64,000 nt of DNA from Macrostomum lignano. Taxonomy: Eukaryota. The notes below the pieces were generated by a model. The model was not told the origin of the DNA. It was given only the letters and a program-made list of their open reading frames with translations, and ran no database searches. The translations under genes were made by a program, and so were the position numbers. This document shows, piece by piece, positions 19,698-32,142 of this stretch; position 1 is the stretch's first letter, and every line of letters begins with the position of its first letter. Location of the stretch: NCBI GenBank assembly GCA_002269645.1, contig NIVC01001263.1, forward strand, positions 62,001 through 126,000, written 5' to 3'.

Positions 19698-22600
19698 ATG
19701 ACAGGCGCTGTGCTGTTGAACATGGTTGGCATGGTAACCGTGATAGCCGCCGGCTCGGCCGAAGCCATCACTGTGCGCGGCAGCGGGGCGACCTTCCCGC
19801 AGAATGTATACATTGCCGTCTGCGACCGCTACAGTGCGCACCGCAGCGCCTGGGCGGACGTCAGCATCGTCTACTCGGGCGTGGGCAGCGGCACCGGCCG
19901 GCTCAATTTCCAGCGGGGCTACAACAACCAGGCCGACCCCGACTACCAGCTGTTTGCCGGCAGCGACTCCATCATGAAGGACTCGGAGTACAGCAGCTAC
20001 CCGGAGAGCCAGATGTTCCCCACGCTGGCGGGGTGAGCTGCTGGCGGGATCTCCACCTTGTCTCTGCGACTCTGCGAGGGATTGCTAGTTTAGCCTACAA
20101 GCACTGGAGTAGAATGGATTGCTAGTCTAGCCTACATGCACTGGAGTAGAATGGATTGCTAGTCTAGCCTAAATGCACTGGAGTAGAATGGATTGCTAGT
20201 CTAGCCTACATGCACTGGAGTAGAATGGATTGCTAGTCTAGCCTACATGCACTGGAGTAGAATGGATTGCTAGTCTAGCCTACATGCACTGGAGTAGAAT
20301 GGATTGCTAGTCTAGCCTACAAGCACTGGAGTAGAATGGATTGCTAGTCTAGCCTACATGCACTGGAGTAGAATGGATTGCTAGTCTAGCCTAAATGCAC
20401 TGGAGTAGAATGGATTGCTAGTCTAGCCTACATGCACTGGAGTAGAATGGATTGCTAGTCTAGCCTACATGCACTGGAGTAGAATGGATTGCTAGTCTAG
20501 CCTACATGCACTGGAGTAGAATGGATTGCTAGTCTAGCCTACATGCACTGGAGTAGAATGGATTGCTAGTCTAGCCTAAATGCACTGGAGTAGAATGGAT
20601 TGCTAGTCTAGCCTAAATGCACTGGAGTAGAATGGATTGCTAGTCTAGCCTAAATGCACTGTAGTAGAATGGATTGCTAGTCTAGCCTACATGCACTGGA
20701 GTAGAATGGATTGCTAGTCTAGCCTACATGCACTGGAGTAGAATGGATTGCTAGTCTGAGCATTTTGTTGTTGTTAGTCTACAGATCTAACCCATCTATC
20801 GCATAGATTCATTGGAATCTGTGACAAGTTTTTATCTGCAGATATTGTTGAAGATTTCCTTTCTGTCAGTTCTATCCTGCTGCAGGCTCGCGAGTCAGTG
20901 TTTGGTCGGATTGTATAAAAAGTATACAAAACAAACTCATTGTGCCGGTGCAGCCCGTCAGAGCAAGCAATCCACTTTGACTTTTGTGCTGTGGCTGCAA
21001 AAACAAAAGTGGCAGGTCTAAGACCCAAAGCAGGCAAAAGTGCTGCTTTCATGCCGGGATCTGGAAGTAGCAGCGCGGGATTTTAGGCTGCTTTTTAGCT
21101 CGTAAAAGCAACATTGAAGAATGAGAAGGGAGAGGCGGGCTGCTCCATCTCAACCTGAAAACAGGCCACAAGCCATGTTGTTTTTTCTTGAGCATACTTT
21201 TCCGCGGCTGAGCTCTCGGCTCTGCTAGCTTGAGGTGGCGCCTGTCTCTTTTTAGTTCCGTTTGTAGTTGTATTTCAGAAAATTGGATTTGATCCAGAAA
21301 AAGGACTCGTCTCTGGTGGTCCTGAGGCTGGAAATTAATATCTATATAGCGACAGAAAAACGATGAAGGGTGGAGAATATGATTGATAAAGAAAGCAGGA
21401 ACTGGTGACTTTTAGGTCAGATGTGGGTGGGTAGGTAGGTAGGTAGTTAGGTAGGTACGTGGGTAAGTGGATAGGTAGATAGGTGGGTAGGTGCGTGAAT
21501 TGGTGGGTAGGCAGTTAGGTGGGTAGATTGGTGGGTAGGTACTTGGTAGGTTGATCGGTAGGTAGATAGGTAGGTAGGTAGGTAGGTAGGTAGGTAGGTA
21601 GGTAGGTAGGTAGGTAGGTAGGTAGGTAGGTAGGTAGGCACGTAAATAGGTGGGTAGGTAGATGGGTGGGTAGGTGGGTAGGTAGGTTGGTAGGTGGGTA
21701 GGTAGTTAGGTAGGTGGGTAGGTAGTTAGGTAGGTAGGTGGGTAGGTAGTTAGGTAGGTAGGTGGGTAGGTAGGTGGGTAGGCAGGTGGGTAGGTAGTTA
21801 GGTAGGTAGTTAGGTAGGTAGGTGGGTAGGTAGGTGGGTAGGTAGGTGGGTAGGTAGTTAGGTAGGTAGGTGGGTAGGTAGTTAGGTAGGTAGTTAGGTA
21901 GGCAGGTGGGTAGGCAGGTGGGTAGGCAGGTGGGTAGGCAGGTGGGTAGGCAGGTGGGTAGGCAGGTGAATAGGTGGGTAGGCAGGTGGGTAGGCAGGTG
22001 GGTAGGCAGGTGGGTAGGCAGGTGGGTAGGCAGGTGGGTAGGCAGGTGGGTAGGCAGGTGGGTAGGCAGGTGGGTAGGCAGGTGGGTAGGCAGGTGGGTA
22101 GGCAGGTGGGTAGGCAGGTAGGCATACAGGCAGTTCAGTAATTGAATAGCCAGGCAAAGCAAGCCAGTTGGACTCGAGAACTCCAACAAAGATGAAAGCC
22201 CTCAGCTCATCAAACAGCTCGCATCGCTCACTCTAATTCAGAGTTAAGACTAGGAAAGATTTGTCACCCGACTGGCTCACAATGATTTCCAGCTTGGCAG
22301 AATCGCGAATCAGACTTTGACAGAAAGCAGAGCTGACTTTTTAACTCTTAGCGAAACAGGAAACTTGTGTATGTCGAGATCCGCCCATGCAGCAGTTCCC
22401 CACGTCAGCGGCAGCTCTGAGGACTCTGTTAATTGAAACTTAGCCGCTGATCCGCTGCTACAAAAAGTTTGTTTTTTTCCAGCCCACCTTGCTGAGTCTT
22501 TTTTTCTCCACTTCATTGTTTTGCCCTCCGCTCCGCCGCCATGGGGCTGCTGGCTCATGACGGCGCCTCCCGCCCTCCGCTCCGCCGCCATGGGGCTGCT

Positions 22601-25600
22601 GGCTCATGACGGCGCCTCCCGCCCTCCGCTCCGCCGCCATGGGGCTGCTGGCTCATGACGGCGCCTCCCGTCCTCCGCTCCGCCGCCATGGGGCTGCTGG
22701 CTCATGACGGCGCCTCCCGCCCTCCGCTCCGCCGCCATGGGGCTGCTGGCTCATGACGGCGCCTCCCGTCCTCCGCTCCGCCGCCATGGGGCTGCTGGCT
22801 CATGACGGCGCCTCCCGCCCTCCGCTCCGCCGCCATGGGGCTGCTGGCTCATGACGGCGCCTCCCGCCCTCCGCTCCGCCGCCATGGGGCTGCTGGCTCA
22901 TGACGGCGCATCCCGTCCTCCGCTCCGCCGCCATGGGGCTGCTGGCTCATGACGGCGCCTCCCGCCCTCCGCTCCGCCGCCATGGGGCTGCTGGCTCATG
23001 ACGGCGCCTCCCGTCCTCCGCTCCGCCGCCATGGGGCTGCTGGCTCATGACGGCGCCTCCCGCCCTCCGCTCCGCCCCCAGCTTTGGCACCGTAAGCTCT
23101 GTTCAAATAGCCAATTGAGCTGAAACCCTGAGCCGCTATTAGGCTGGGCCGTATGCCTGAGCTCTGGCCTGATGGCCACCCTCTGCCGCGCCAGTCTCTG
23201 CAACAACTCATTAATTAATGGGCCGTGAAGGGTTTAATTCCGCCAGCAGTAACCGGCCTGCCCTCGCCTCACAGTAGCCTCACAATAAAAATTGCCATCC
23301 AGCATCGGCAGGACAAGTGTAGAGACCAGCGATCGCCGCTATTTAAAGTACGAGACCAGTCAGAGCGATAGCCTGCCTTAGTGTAGAAGATCCATGCTAA
23401 TATTTACAGATGCATGAATTGCTCAGATATGTCTTTTGCGAGTGTGTGCTTTCATTGTGTACTTTGGCTGAATTATGCACGAGTTTACAGTTTGCTGAGA
23501 TCTCAGCTTATCCGTGCCTACAGACTCTCGAGAAACTCCCGTGACTACTGCAATGCACGGGACTGGTTGCAAGGACCGACCGCTAGGTCTGCTTTTGCAT
23601 TCACAAGCCGCTCTGGAGACAGACATGGCGTGATGCAGGCATGGCGTGATACAGACATGGCGTGATACAGGCATGGCGTGATGCAGGCATGGCGTGATGC
23701 AGGCATGGTGTGATGCAGGCATGGTGTGATACAGATATGGTGTGACACAGATATGGTGTGATTCAGGCTTGAGTAGCCCTGGAGTGTGTCAGGGGGCTTG
23801 AGTAGCCCTGGAGCGTGTCAGGGGGGGCTTGAGTAGCCCTGGAGTGTGTCAGGGGGGCTTGAGTAGCCCTGGAGCGTGTCAGGGGGCTTGAATAGTACTG
23901 GAGTGTGTCGGGGGACTCTGGGGGAGTGAGGCTTACTCGAACATAGCCAGTTGAGAGGCCTCGAGGTGCTGAGAAGCTAAATGAAAGCCAACGAACTCCC
24001 ACAGCGCCGTGGCGGTGGCCTATCACCCGCCGTCCTTCGGTGCAACACGGCTGCGCCTGACCCGCCAGACTCTGGTCGACATCTACATGGGGAAAACTTC
24101 GCACTGGGACAGCCCGGGCATTGTTAACGCGAACCCGAACTCGAGTCTGCCCCACAACCCCATCCGGCCCATGGCTCGCATGGACAAGTCGGGCTCCACC
24201 GCAGTCTTCACCCAAGCTCTGAGCTCCTTCTCAGCCGAGTGGAAGGCCAAGTACGGCGAGTTCGAGCGCGAGCTCAACAAAGTCACCTGGAGACACCCGG
24301 ACTGGAACAATTCAGTTGTTGAGTTCTTCGCCCAGGGTACCGATGGGCTCACCGCCCTACTCAGCAGCCTGCGAAACTCCATCGCCTACATATCGGCCTC
24401 GGATCTCAGACTGAACGATGAGAGCCTCGTGAGCCTCGCGCTGATTGAGAACGCCAACGGAAGCTTCGTGGACGCCTCGCAACCGGCCTCCGTGCAGGCG
24501 GCCATGGACTTCTACGCTAACACAATGGACTCCCGGCTAACTGGACACCTCATTGACGCCCAGAACCCGGACGCCTACCCAATCGCCACCTACACCTACT
24601 TCATCATCAAGATGAACATGACTGCGAAGTGAGTCTTATGGGACGGTTTCTCTTGTTTTATATAAACACTATTGTTTCCTGCAGCCTAAGTTTGTTTGTC
24701 GATTAGAGCTAAAGGCAGCAAAGCTTAAAGAGGATCTGGGTTCACACAGCTACAGGGGTTTTTCCTAGAAAATACTAGCAGGAAGTCTGTTTCCTAGATA
24801 ACAGCAAGGACTATTGTACATGTAACGAGTAGAATAAGGACGATTGTACATGTAACGAGTAGAATAAGGACGATTGTACATGTAACGAGTAGAATAAGGA
24901 CGATTGTACATGTAACGAGTAGAATAAGGACGATTGTACATGTAACGAGTAGAATAAGGACTATTGTACATGTAACGAGTAGAATAAGGACTATTGTACA
25001 TGTAACGAGTAGAATAAGGACGATTGTACATGTAACGAGTAGAACAAGGACGATTGTACAGGCAATGAGTAGAATAAGGACTATTGTACAGTCAATGAGT
25101 AGAACAAGGACTACTGGACCGGCAATGAGAGTAGAACAAGGACTACTGGACCGGCAATGAGAGTAGAACAAGGACTACTGGACCGGCAATGAGAGTAGAA
25201 CAAGGACTACTGGACCAGCAATGAGAGTAGAACAAGGACTACTGGACCGGCAATGAGAGTAGAACAAGGACTACTGGACCGGCAATGAGAGTAGAACAAG
25301 GACTACTGGACCGGCAATGAGAGTAGAACAAGGACTACTGGACCGGCAATGAGAGTAGAACAAGGACTACTGGACCGGCAATGAGAGTAGAACAAGGACT
25401 ACTGGACCGGCAATGAGAGTAGAATCATTGAGAAGTCTCATTCAGCCCCAGAGGATAAGCAGACGCAATGGGGATCGTATGTGAACTGAAGCCTCTTTAT
25501 TGGACATGATGCTGTGTGCTTATGAAGGCCAGTCCCTCTCAATCGTTGCATATCCACTGTGGGGTTATGTAGCTGTCGACGGCTGCAGCATTTGCACGGG

Positions 25601-28600
25601 GCGATAACCTCTTAAAACTGAACCTTAAAACTGACTAACCAAACAGACCTCACTCAGCAGCCCTTTGTGCGAGTGAGGTCTGATAACAATGGAACAGCAG
25701 TCTCTGCTGATTCTTTCATTCTAATGTCGTGGATTGGTTTTATTGGACAGCCCGACGCTTAATTTTCATAATTGCTGTGCTTCCAGGCTAAAAGCAATAA
25801 AAGATGCACAAATTATTTAAATTGATTGCAGGCCAAGGCTTTTCATGTTTCGCATATAGAAAGGACACAAGAGCGACATGCGTGTAGATGGGGCAAAGAG
25901 AGGACTGTAGAGTGGACAAGAAAGGACTGTAGAGTGGACAAGAGAGGACTGTCGAGTGGACAAGAGAGGACTGTAGAGTGGACAAGAGAGGACTGTCGAG
26001 AGGACAAGAGAGGACTGTCGAGAGGACAAGAGAGGACTGTAGAGTGGACAAGAGAGGACTGTCTTGAGGACAAGAGAGGACTGTAGAGAGGACAAGAGAG
26101 GACTGTAGACTGGACAAGAGAGGACTGTAGAGTGGACAAGAGAGGACTGTCGAGAGGACAAGAGAGGACTGTAGAGTGGACAAGAGAGGACTGTCGAGAG
26201 GACAAGAGAGGACTGTAGAGTGGACAATAGAGGACTGTCGAGAGGACAAGAAAGGACTGTAGAGTGGACAATAGAGGACTGTCGAGAGGACAAGAAAGGA
26301 CTGTAGAGTGGACAATAGAGGACTGTCGAGAGGACAAGAAAGGACTGTAGAGTGGACAAGAGAGGACTGTAGAGTGGACAAGAGAGGACTGTAGAGTGGA
26401 CTGTAGAGTGGACAAGAGAGGACTGTAGAGTGGACTGTAGAGTGGACAAGAGAGGACTGTAGAGTGGACAAGAGAGAACTATAGAGTGGACTGTAGAGTA
26501 GACAAGAGAGGACTGTAGAGTAGACAAGAGGGGACTGTAGAGTGGACAAGAGAGGACTGGTTAATGTTAGAGGGCTATAAAACAAAAATTCAGACGGCCG
26601 AAAGGTACTAAATAGATAGGGCACTCAGCACTAGCCAGACTCCGCCCGAACTCCAGGTGCGATGAAGCCACCGAGTTCTATGGCTTCCTGAACTGGTTCT
26701 ACACGGACCCGGAGCCGGCCAGCATTATCCGCGCCAACAATTTCGTGCCGCTCAGCAACGCTGTCCGCCAGAAGGTCCGGACGCAGGTGCTCGACAAGGC
26801 CGCTTGCGGTGGGCGGCTCCTGCGCGAGCTCTGGCTGGAGAAGCGGCGCCGCGAGCAGACGGAAGCGGAGAGCCGGAACTCGTCCTGGATGGCGCCGACG
26901 CTCGCCTCCGTTGGCGTCGGGCTGCTGGTGGCCGGCGGCCTCGGGGCGTACATTGCCAGGCAGAGCTACGTGCAGTGGAAGCTGCTCAACCAGGTGAGCC
27001 AATTCTGAAGCTTCAGCAACACACTGTATTTTTACATTCTTATTCCTCAGGTTGTAGAGAAAGCCTCCGGATCCTTGAATTTTTCGTGCCTGCTCGTGTG
27101 CCGCGTCTCCATCCAGGTTTTCTTGACTGGCACTGAGAGTTCATCCGTCAGTCTTTAGACAAGCCTTCAGGCAGCAAAGCAGCTCACAGCTCAACACCAA
27201 GGGAGCAGGAGAGACCAAGGAGATTTGGGCTGGGCTCTTTACGCAGAGTGAAAGTAGTTTGGATAACATATGAGCCGCTGGTTAGGTGGGGCACGCCACA
27301 AAGGCAGTTGATACTTACTTCTGCATCAAAAAGTCGCGCAGGTGCCAGACAGCAACTCTCCCCCTCCTCAAAACTTGGCCCGCGCAGGACCTGTGGCTGG
27401 TGCCGATCGAGGAGATCATGTTCTTCGCTCCGCGCAGCCGCGGCCGCAACCGATCAATGCGCAGCTTCCGCATGGACGATTCCGACACGATCTCCGTCGG
27501 CACGCAGATGACGGAGGATGAAGCGGAGAGCGAGGAGGATTACGACGCGGACACGGTGCTGCAGTGGCCGGGCAAGTTCCGGGAGGCCAGCGTCGGCGTG
27601 CGACTGCTGCAGACGCAGCGATCGCAAGAGAGGCTCGACATCTCCACTAAGAAGCTGCTGCAGTGGATGATGGACCGCGTCCACCACAACAACGTGGCAG
27701 CGTTCCACGGCCTGACCCAGGTCGAGCGGGACTTCTTTGTTGTGTCAGAGTACTGCGAGCGCGGCCCGCTCAGCAAGGTTGTGCACAACCCCAAGCTGGA
27801 CCTGGCGCCCGCGGTCAAAGGCTCCATAGTGATGGACATCTGCCAGGCTGTCAGCTACCTGCACAGCCAGGGCATCGTGCACGGCATGCTGCGGACCAGC
27901 GCCTGCCTCATGGACAGCAAGTGGACGGTGAAGCTAGCGGACTGGGAGTACCTCATGTACTATTCAACCACCACCCGGGCCGTCAAAGACGCCCGGCCGG
28001 CCATCCAGTACGTCCGCGACGCCATACTGGGCGAGTATCCCAGCGAGCAGCAGGTCCTGGACTTCGACATCTACGTTGCACCCGAGATCCTCCGCTCCGA
28101 GCTGCAGTGGCCGCCGGACCAGAGCTCCGACATTTACTCCTGCGCTGTGATCTTCTACGAGATCTTCACCCGGAGCATTCCCTTCGCCAGCTACAGGGAG
28201 GACCTGAGCAACGCCCGGGACCTGCTCACGGCCATTGTGAAGAACTCGCTGCGGCCTGACCAGCTTCAGGACATCCCCATCACCTTCCGCCAGGTGCTGG
28301 AAACCTCCTGGAGCGACGATCCCAGGGTCCGGCCCAGCGCCGAGAACCTCACCAAGCTGGTCAAGAAGTGCTTCCCCAGGCGCAAGAACATGATGCAGAG
28401 CATGTTTGACAGCCTGGAGTCCGAGCACCTGCTGCTGGAGAATGAGATGCTGGCATTAAACTCGGCCATGGAGGAGCAGCGAGACTCCTACCAGGCCATG
28501 ATCCGCTCCAACCTGCCCGAGTTCTACGCCAGCCGATTGCTCAACGACCAGCCGTTCCAGCCAGAGTACAAGCGGCTGGCTGGGGTGCTCTTCGTGCGCC

Positions 28601-31295
28601 TGGATGGCCTGGCCTGCCTCAGCGACGTCAACCGGCCCTTTGAGGTGAACGCCGTCTCCAACGCCCACTACCACGTATTCAACAGCATCGCCGCCAGCTA
28701 CAGGGACGTCCACATGCGCCACGCGTTCGGCGACCTCTTCCTGTTCCTATGCGGCCTGCGGCGAAAGTCCTCTCGACGCAGCGTCCGCGATCTGCTGCGC
28801 CTGGCTGAGCACCTAATCCGCCTAGTGCGATGCGGCGGAGTCCATGTCAATGACGACGCCGACTGCGGCAATGGCGGCGGTGTAGCGTCACCGCCGATGG
28901 CCGCCTGCGCAGGGCTGCACTGCGGCCCAGTGTCCATCGGCGTCATCACTTCCGGCGTCCCGGCGCTCTTCGCTGGCGGCGGCGCGCTCCATGTGGCCCT
29001 GCAGCTGGCGCTGAGCGCCGAGAAGCACCAGGTGCACGCGTCCGAGACGGTGCGGCGGGCCCTCGCGGGCGAAACTGAGGAGAACGAAGAGCCGGAGACT
29101 GCAGCGCCATCAGAGCCAGAGCAGCCAACCGACGAGGCTGCGAAGTTGGAGGCGGCGATGGAGGCAGCTGAGGGGGCGGCGCAGGAAATGGGCAACGGAG
29201 CCGACGGGGAAGCCGCCGAGAGTGCCACGGCGGATCAGGCAGAAGCTCAGCCCCCGATTCCACAGCCGGAGCCAAAGTCCGCCACCGCAGCGGCGAAGGT
29301 GGCGGCGGCAGCGGCGGCAACCGCTGCGGCGGCTGCGAATGCGGCAGCCACGGCGGCGGCAACGGCGGCAGCGGCAGCTTCGGGCACCTCGCCACCGCCG
29401 GGCTTGGAGGCGGCCGGCGAAAAACGCAGCGACAGGAAGAAAAAGAAAAAGAAAAAGGAGCAGCAAAAGTTCCACTTTGAGAAGCGACTCTGCCCGGCTT
29501 CGGTGAGTGCAAATTCGAGGTCGCTGAGGCATTGGTGGCCGGTGCTGACACCTGCTATGTTTCTAATGTGGCTTGAAGCAGCAGGCATCCGCCTGAGTTT
29601 TTATTAATAGCTCTACCGAGTCCACTTCAAAGCCAGCTCCCCCCATCAATCAGGATAATGACGGAACTGTCTTCAGAGCAAAATGCTCAACTTCCAAAGA
29701 GCAGAATTGTTCTACCCAGTGATTAATTAGGCTTGCAGAATGCGCAATTGACGGTTGGGCAGGTGAGGCCAGCTCAGAGTTGCACCTGTGAGTAGGCTGG
29801 TAATTTCCCTACTTTACTTGGGTAAATCCTATTTAGGGAAAAGATGGTCATCTTTAATATTGTCGAAAATTTCTGAGCAATGCTTCCAGTAAGACTATAA
29901 TCAGAGGGCTACCTTATCCTTCAAATAAGCATCTATCGATTTCAGAATCCCTCAATGCTCCCAGGCGGGCTCGCCTTTTGTTTCACTGCACTGCGGCCCG
30001 TCCCCAGCCCTCACTTGAGTTGGTGGCGGGCGCTGCGGTGTCAATATTTGAGTCCGGCAGGCCCGGCAGCAGCTCCTGATCGATTGCCGGAGCAGAATGG
30101 CGGGAGGGGCGGCCGGCTGTAATCGAATTTCACGTCAGCGAGTCTCAGAGATATGTAATTAGACCTGCAAATTAATTTGGGGTAATTTTGGCCCCGACAG
30201 ATGCAGCACAGGCTGGGGTTGGCATGGCTGGCCAGACTCCGGACCATAAAATTCAGTCCCTAGTGGGGCGCCCACTCCATTATGAAAAAAATGCGCATGG
30301 CAGTGCGATGGGCAGGGAGAGAGAGAGAGAGAGAGAAAGAGGGGGAGAGAGAGAGGACTTTTATCCGAACAATGGCGTGGTGGAGAAGCTGGGCTTAGCG
30401 AGGCGAATTCCAGAAACGTGAAATTCGCGAGAAAAAGTCGGATTCGCAATCGTCATCAATTAAGAAAAGATTAGATAAGAAGACAGACAACAAGAATTAT
30501 AAAACAGGTGGCAAATGGCGTGACGTCACAGTGGGGACACCGCAGGCTCACCGAGCTGCCCCCCCTCCCCACCCACAGGACGGCAAATTTGTTACCACCT
30601 ACTGCATCTCGAGCGTCAGCGATGAGGCTGAGGATTCCATGCTCCTGGAGGCTGGGGACGCGCTGATCCCGTCTGACGTCGAAGCGGATGGCGACGCGGA
30701 TGCCGACGCGGATGCGGACGCGGGCTCCGACGAGGAGGCGAACCCGTCCTGGGGGGCGCAGCGCCTCCGCGGCACGGCCCGCTCGCCGCCGCCCGCCCCC
30801 GCCCTGGGCAGCCGCCGCTATCGCCTGCACGCCGCTGCCAGAGACTCCGACGAATCGGCGGCGGCGGCGGCGGCGGCCTCGCCAGATCGCGTCACTGTCA
30901 CAGTCGTCGACGAGGTCCGGCCGCCGACGCCGCCGCTGCCATCAACGCGGCCGGCCGCCACGGAGGCGCAGAAGCTGCTGCCGCGCAGCCTGCAGAAAGC
31001 GCGGCTGACCGGCAGCGGCTCCGAGGCGGCGCCGTTTCGCATCTTTATGTCCAGCGAGTCTCTGGAGATGTCGGCGCTGGGACCGGCGCAGCGCAGCAAC
31101 GGCACCGCGGCGCGGAAGTCGATCCTCAGCCGCAGCGCCGGCACCAACGGGTCCGCCAACGCCAAGAAGAAGGTGCTGTCATTCTGCGACGATACGGCGA
31201 TCGCCGTGGTCATCGAGGAGGGCGCGACGAATCGAGCATTTATTGAGGACTCGGTGGAGGACGATGCCGAGGGCAGCCTCGTCTGCGAGCTCTGA
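19698..31295 (+). CDS. Single-pass receptor: signal peptide, PstS-type phosphate-binding domain, TM helix, kinase-homology domain, degenerate guanylate cyclase domain (receptor-GC-like, ~1375 aa)
   Basis: Exons 19698-20032, 24005-24628, 26657-26993, 27388-29502 and 30579-31295 (GT-AG, in phase, 4128 nt). Ectodomain motifs [46 protein letters not shown] and [12 protein letters not shown] align with E. coli PstS. TM is [27 protein letters not shown] motifs are [21 protein letters not shown] and YVAPE. Cyclase-like motifs are [31 protein letters not shown] and QVHASE. AATAAA at 31477. Confidence 0.9.
20082..20757. repeat. 37-bp minisatellite in receptor intron 1
   Basis: (GCTAGTCTAGCCTACATGCACTGGAGTAGAATGGATT)n, about 18 copies. 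Confidence 0.95.
21420..22125. repeat. G-rich (GGTA)n/(GGTGGGTAGGCA)n satellite in receptor intron 1
   Basis: Direct inspection; source of the PTYL/PAYP pseudo-ORFs. Confidence 0.95.
22525..23080. repeat. 49-bp GC/CpG-rich minisatellite in receptor intron 1
   Basis: (CCGCCATGGGGCTGCTGGCTCATGACGGCGCCTCCCGCCCTCCGCTCCG)n, about 11 copies. Confidence 0.95.
23620..23912. repeat. Two adjacent short arrays (16-bp and ~28-30-bp units)
   Basis: GCATGGCGTGATGCAG units followed by GGGGCTTGAGTAGCCCTGGAGTGTGTCA units. Confidence 0.85.
24800..25425. repeat. 30-bp array grading into a 32-bp variant (receptor intron 2)
   Basis: AGGACGATTGTACATGTAACGAGTAGAATA units change to AGGACTACTGGACCGGCAATGAGAGTAGAACA units. 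Confidence 0.9.
25880..26560. repeat. 22-bp minisatellite (receptor intron 2)
   Basis: (GAGAGGACTGTAGAGTGGACAA)n. Confidence 0.92.
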
Positions 31296-31606
31296 GGCGC
31301 GTCGGCACCGCCAAGGCCGCCTCTCTAATGCTATTTCTGTAACTTTTGCAATTCATTATATTTTCCTGTACTCAAGACTGCAGACTGGTGGCAGTTCTAC
31401 GCTCGTATTTATTTGCTGACTCAGAACCGCGAACGTAACCTGTTTGCTATTTTACTTTGAAAGTAGAAGTGTTTTTAATAAATATTTTTAATGAGCCTCG
31501 CAACTGGATCCCATTCTAGCGGCAGCTGTCCAACAGGATTCAGCGACTGCTGCCAGTCTTACCCGGTTAAGCCTGAGAAAAATTACAAAATTTATTAGCC
31601 TTTGCC

Positions 31607-31607
<1 letters not shown>

Positions 31608-31645
<38 letters not shown>

Positions 31646-31648
31646 TAG

Positions 31649-31687
<39 letters not shown>

Positions 31688-31688
31688 G

Positions 31689-31743
<55 letters not shown>

Positions 31744-31744
31744 G

Positions 31745-31817
<73 letters not shown>

Positions 31818-31834
31818 TAGTGTGTGTCTGTCTT

Positions 31835-31885
<51 letters not shown>

Positions 31886-31892
31886 TAGTGTG

Positions 31893-31967
<75 letters not shown>

Positions 31968-31970
31968 TTT

Positions 31971-32033
<63 letters not shown>

Positions 32034-32040
32034 ATCTGTC
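31608..32040. repeat. (TCTG)n microsatellite
   Basis: Direct inspection. Confidence 0.97.
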
Positions 32041-32142
32041 TTCATCCGCATACAGAGCGAAGGAAACGCAAATGAGCCAAAGAGGAGGCAGAGACGGAAG
32101 TTTTTCAACTCCCCAGCCTGGGCTAAGCTGCTCCAAGACGCT

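Noticed and set aside
18203-25425. Regular repeat arrays that might be read as CRISPR
   Set aside because: The units are contiguous with no unique spacers, there are no cas genes, and the context is eukaryotic and intronic.
19698-26993. PstS region as bacterial contamination
   Set aside because: It is split by GT-AG introns carrying host-type satellites and splices in frame to metazoan-type TM, KHD and cyclase exons.
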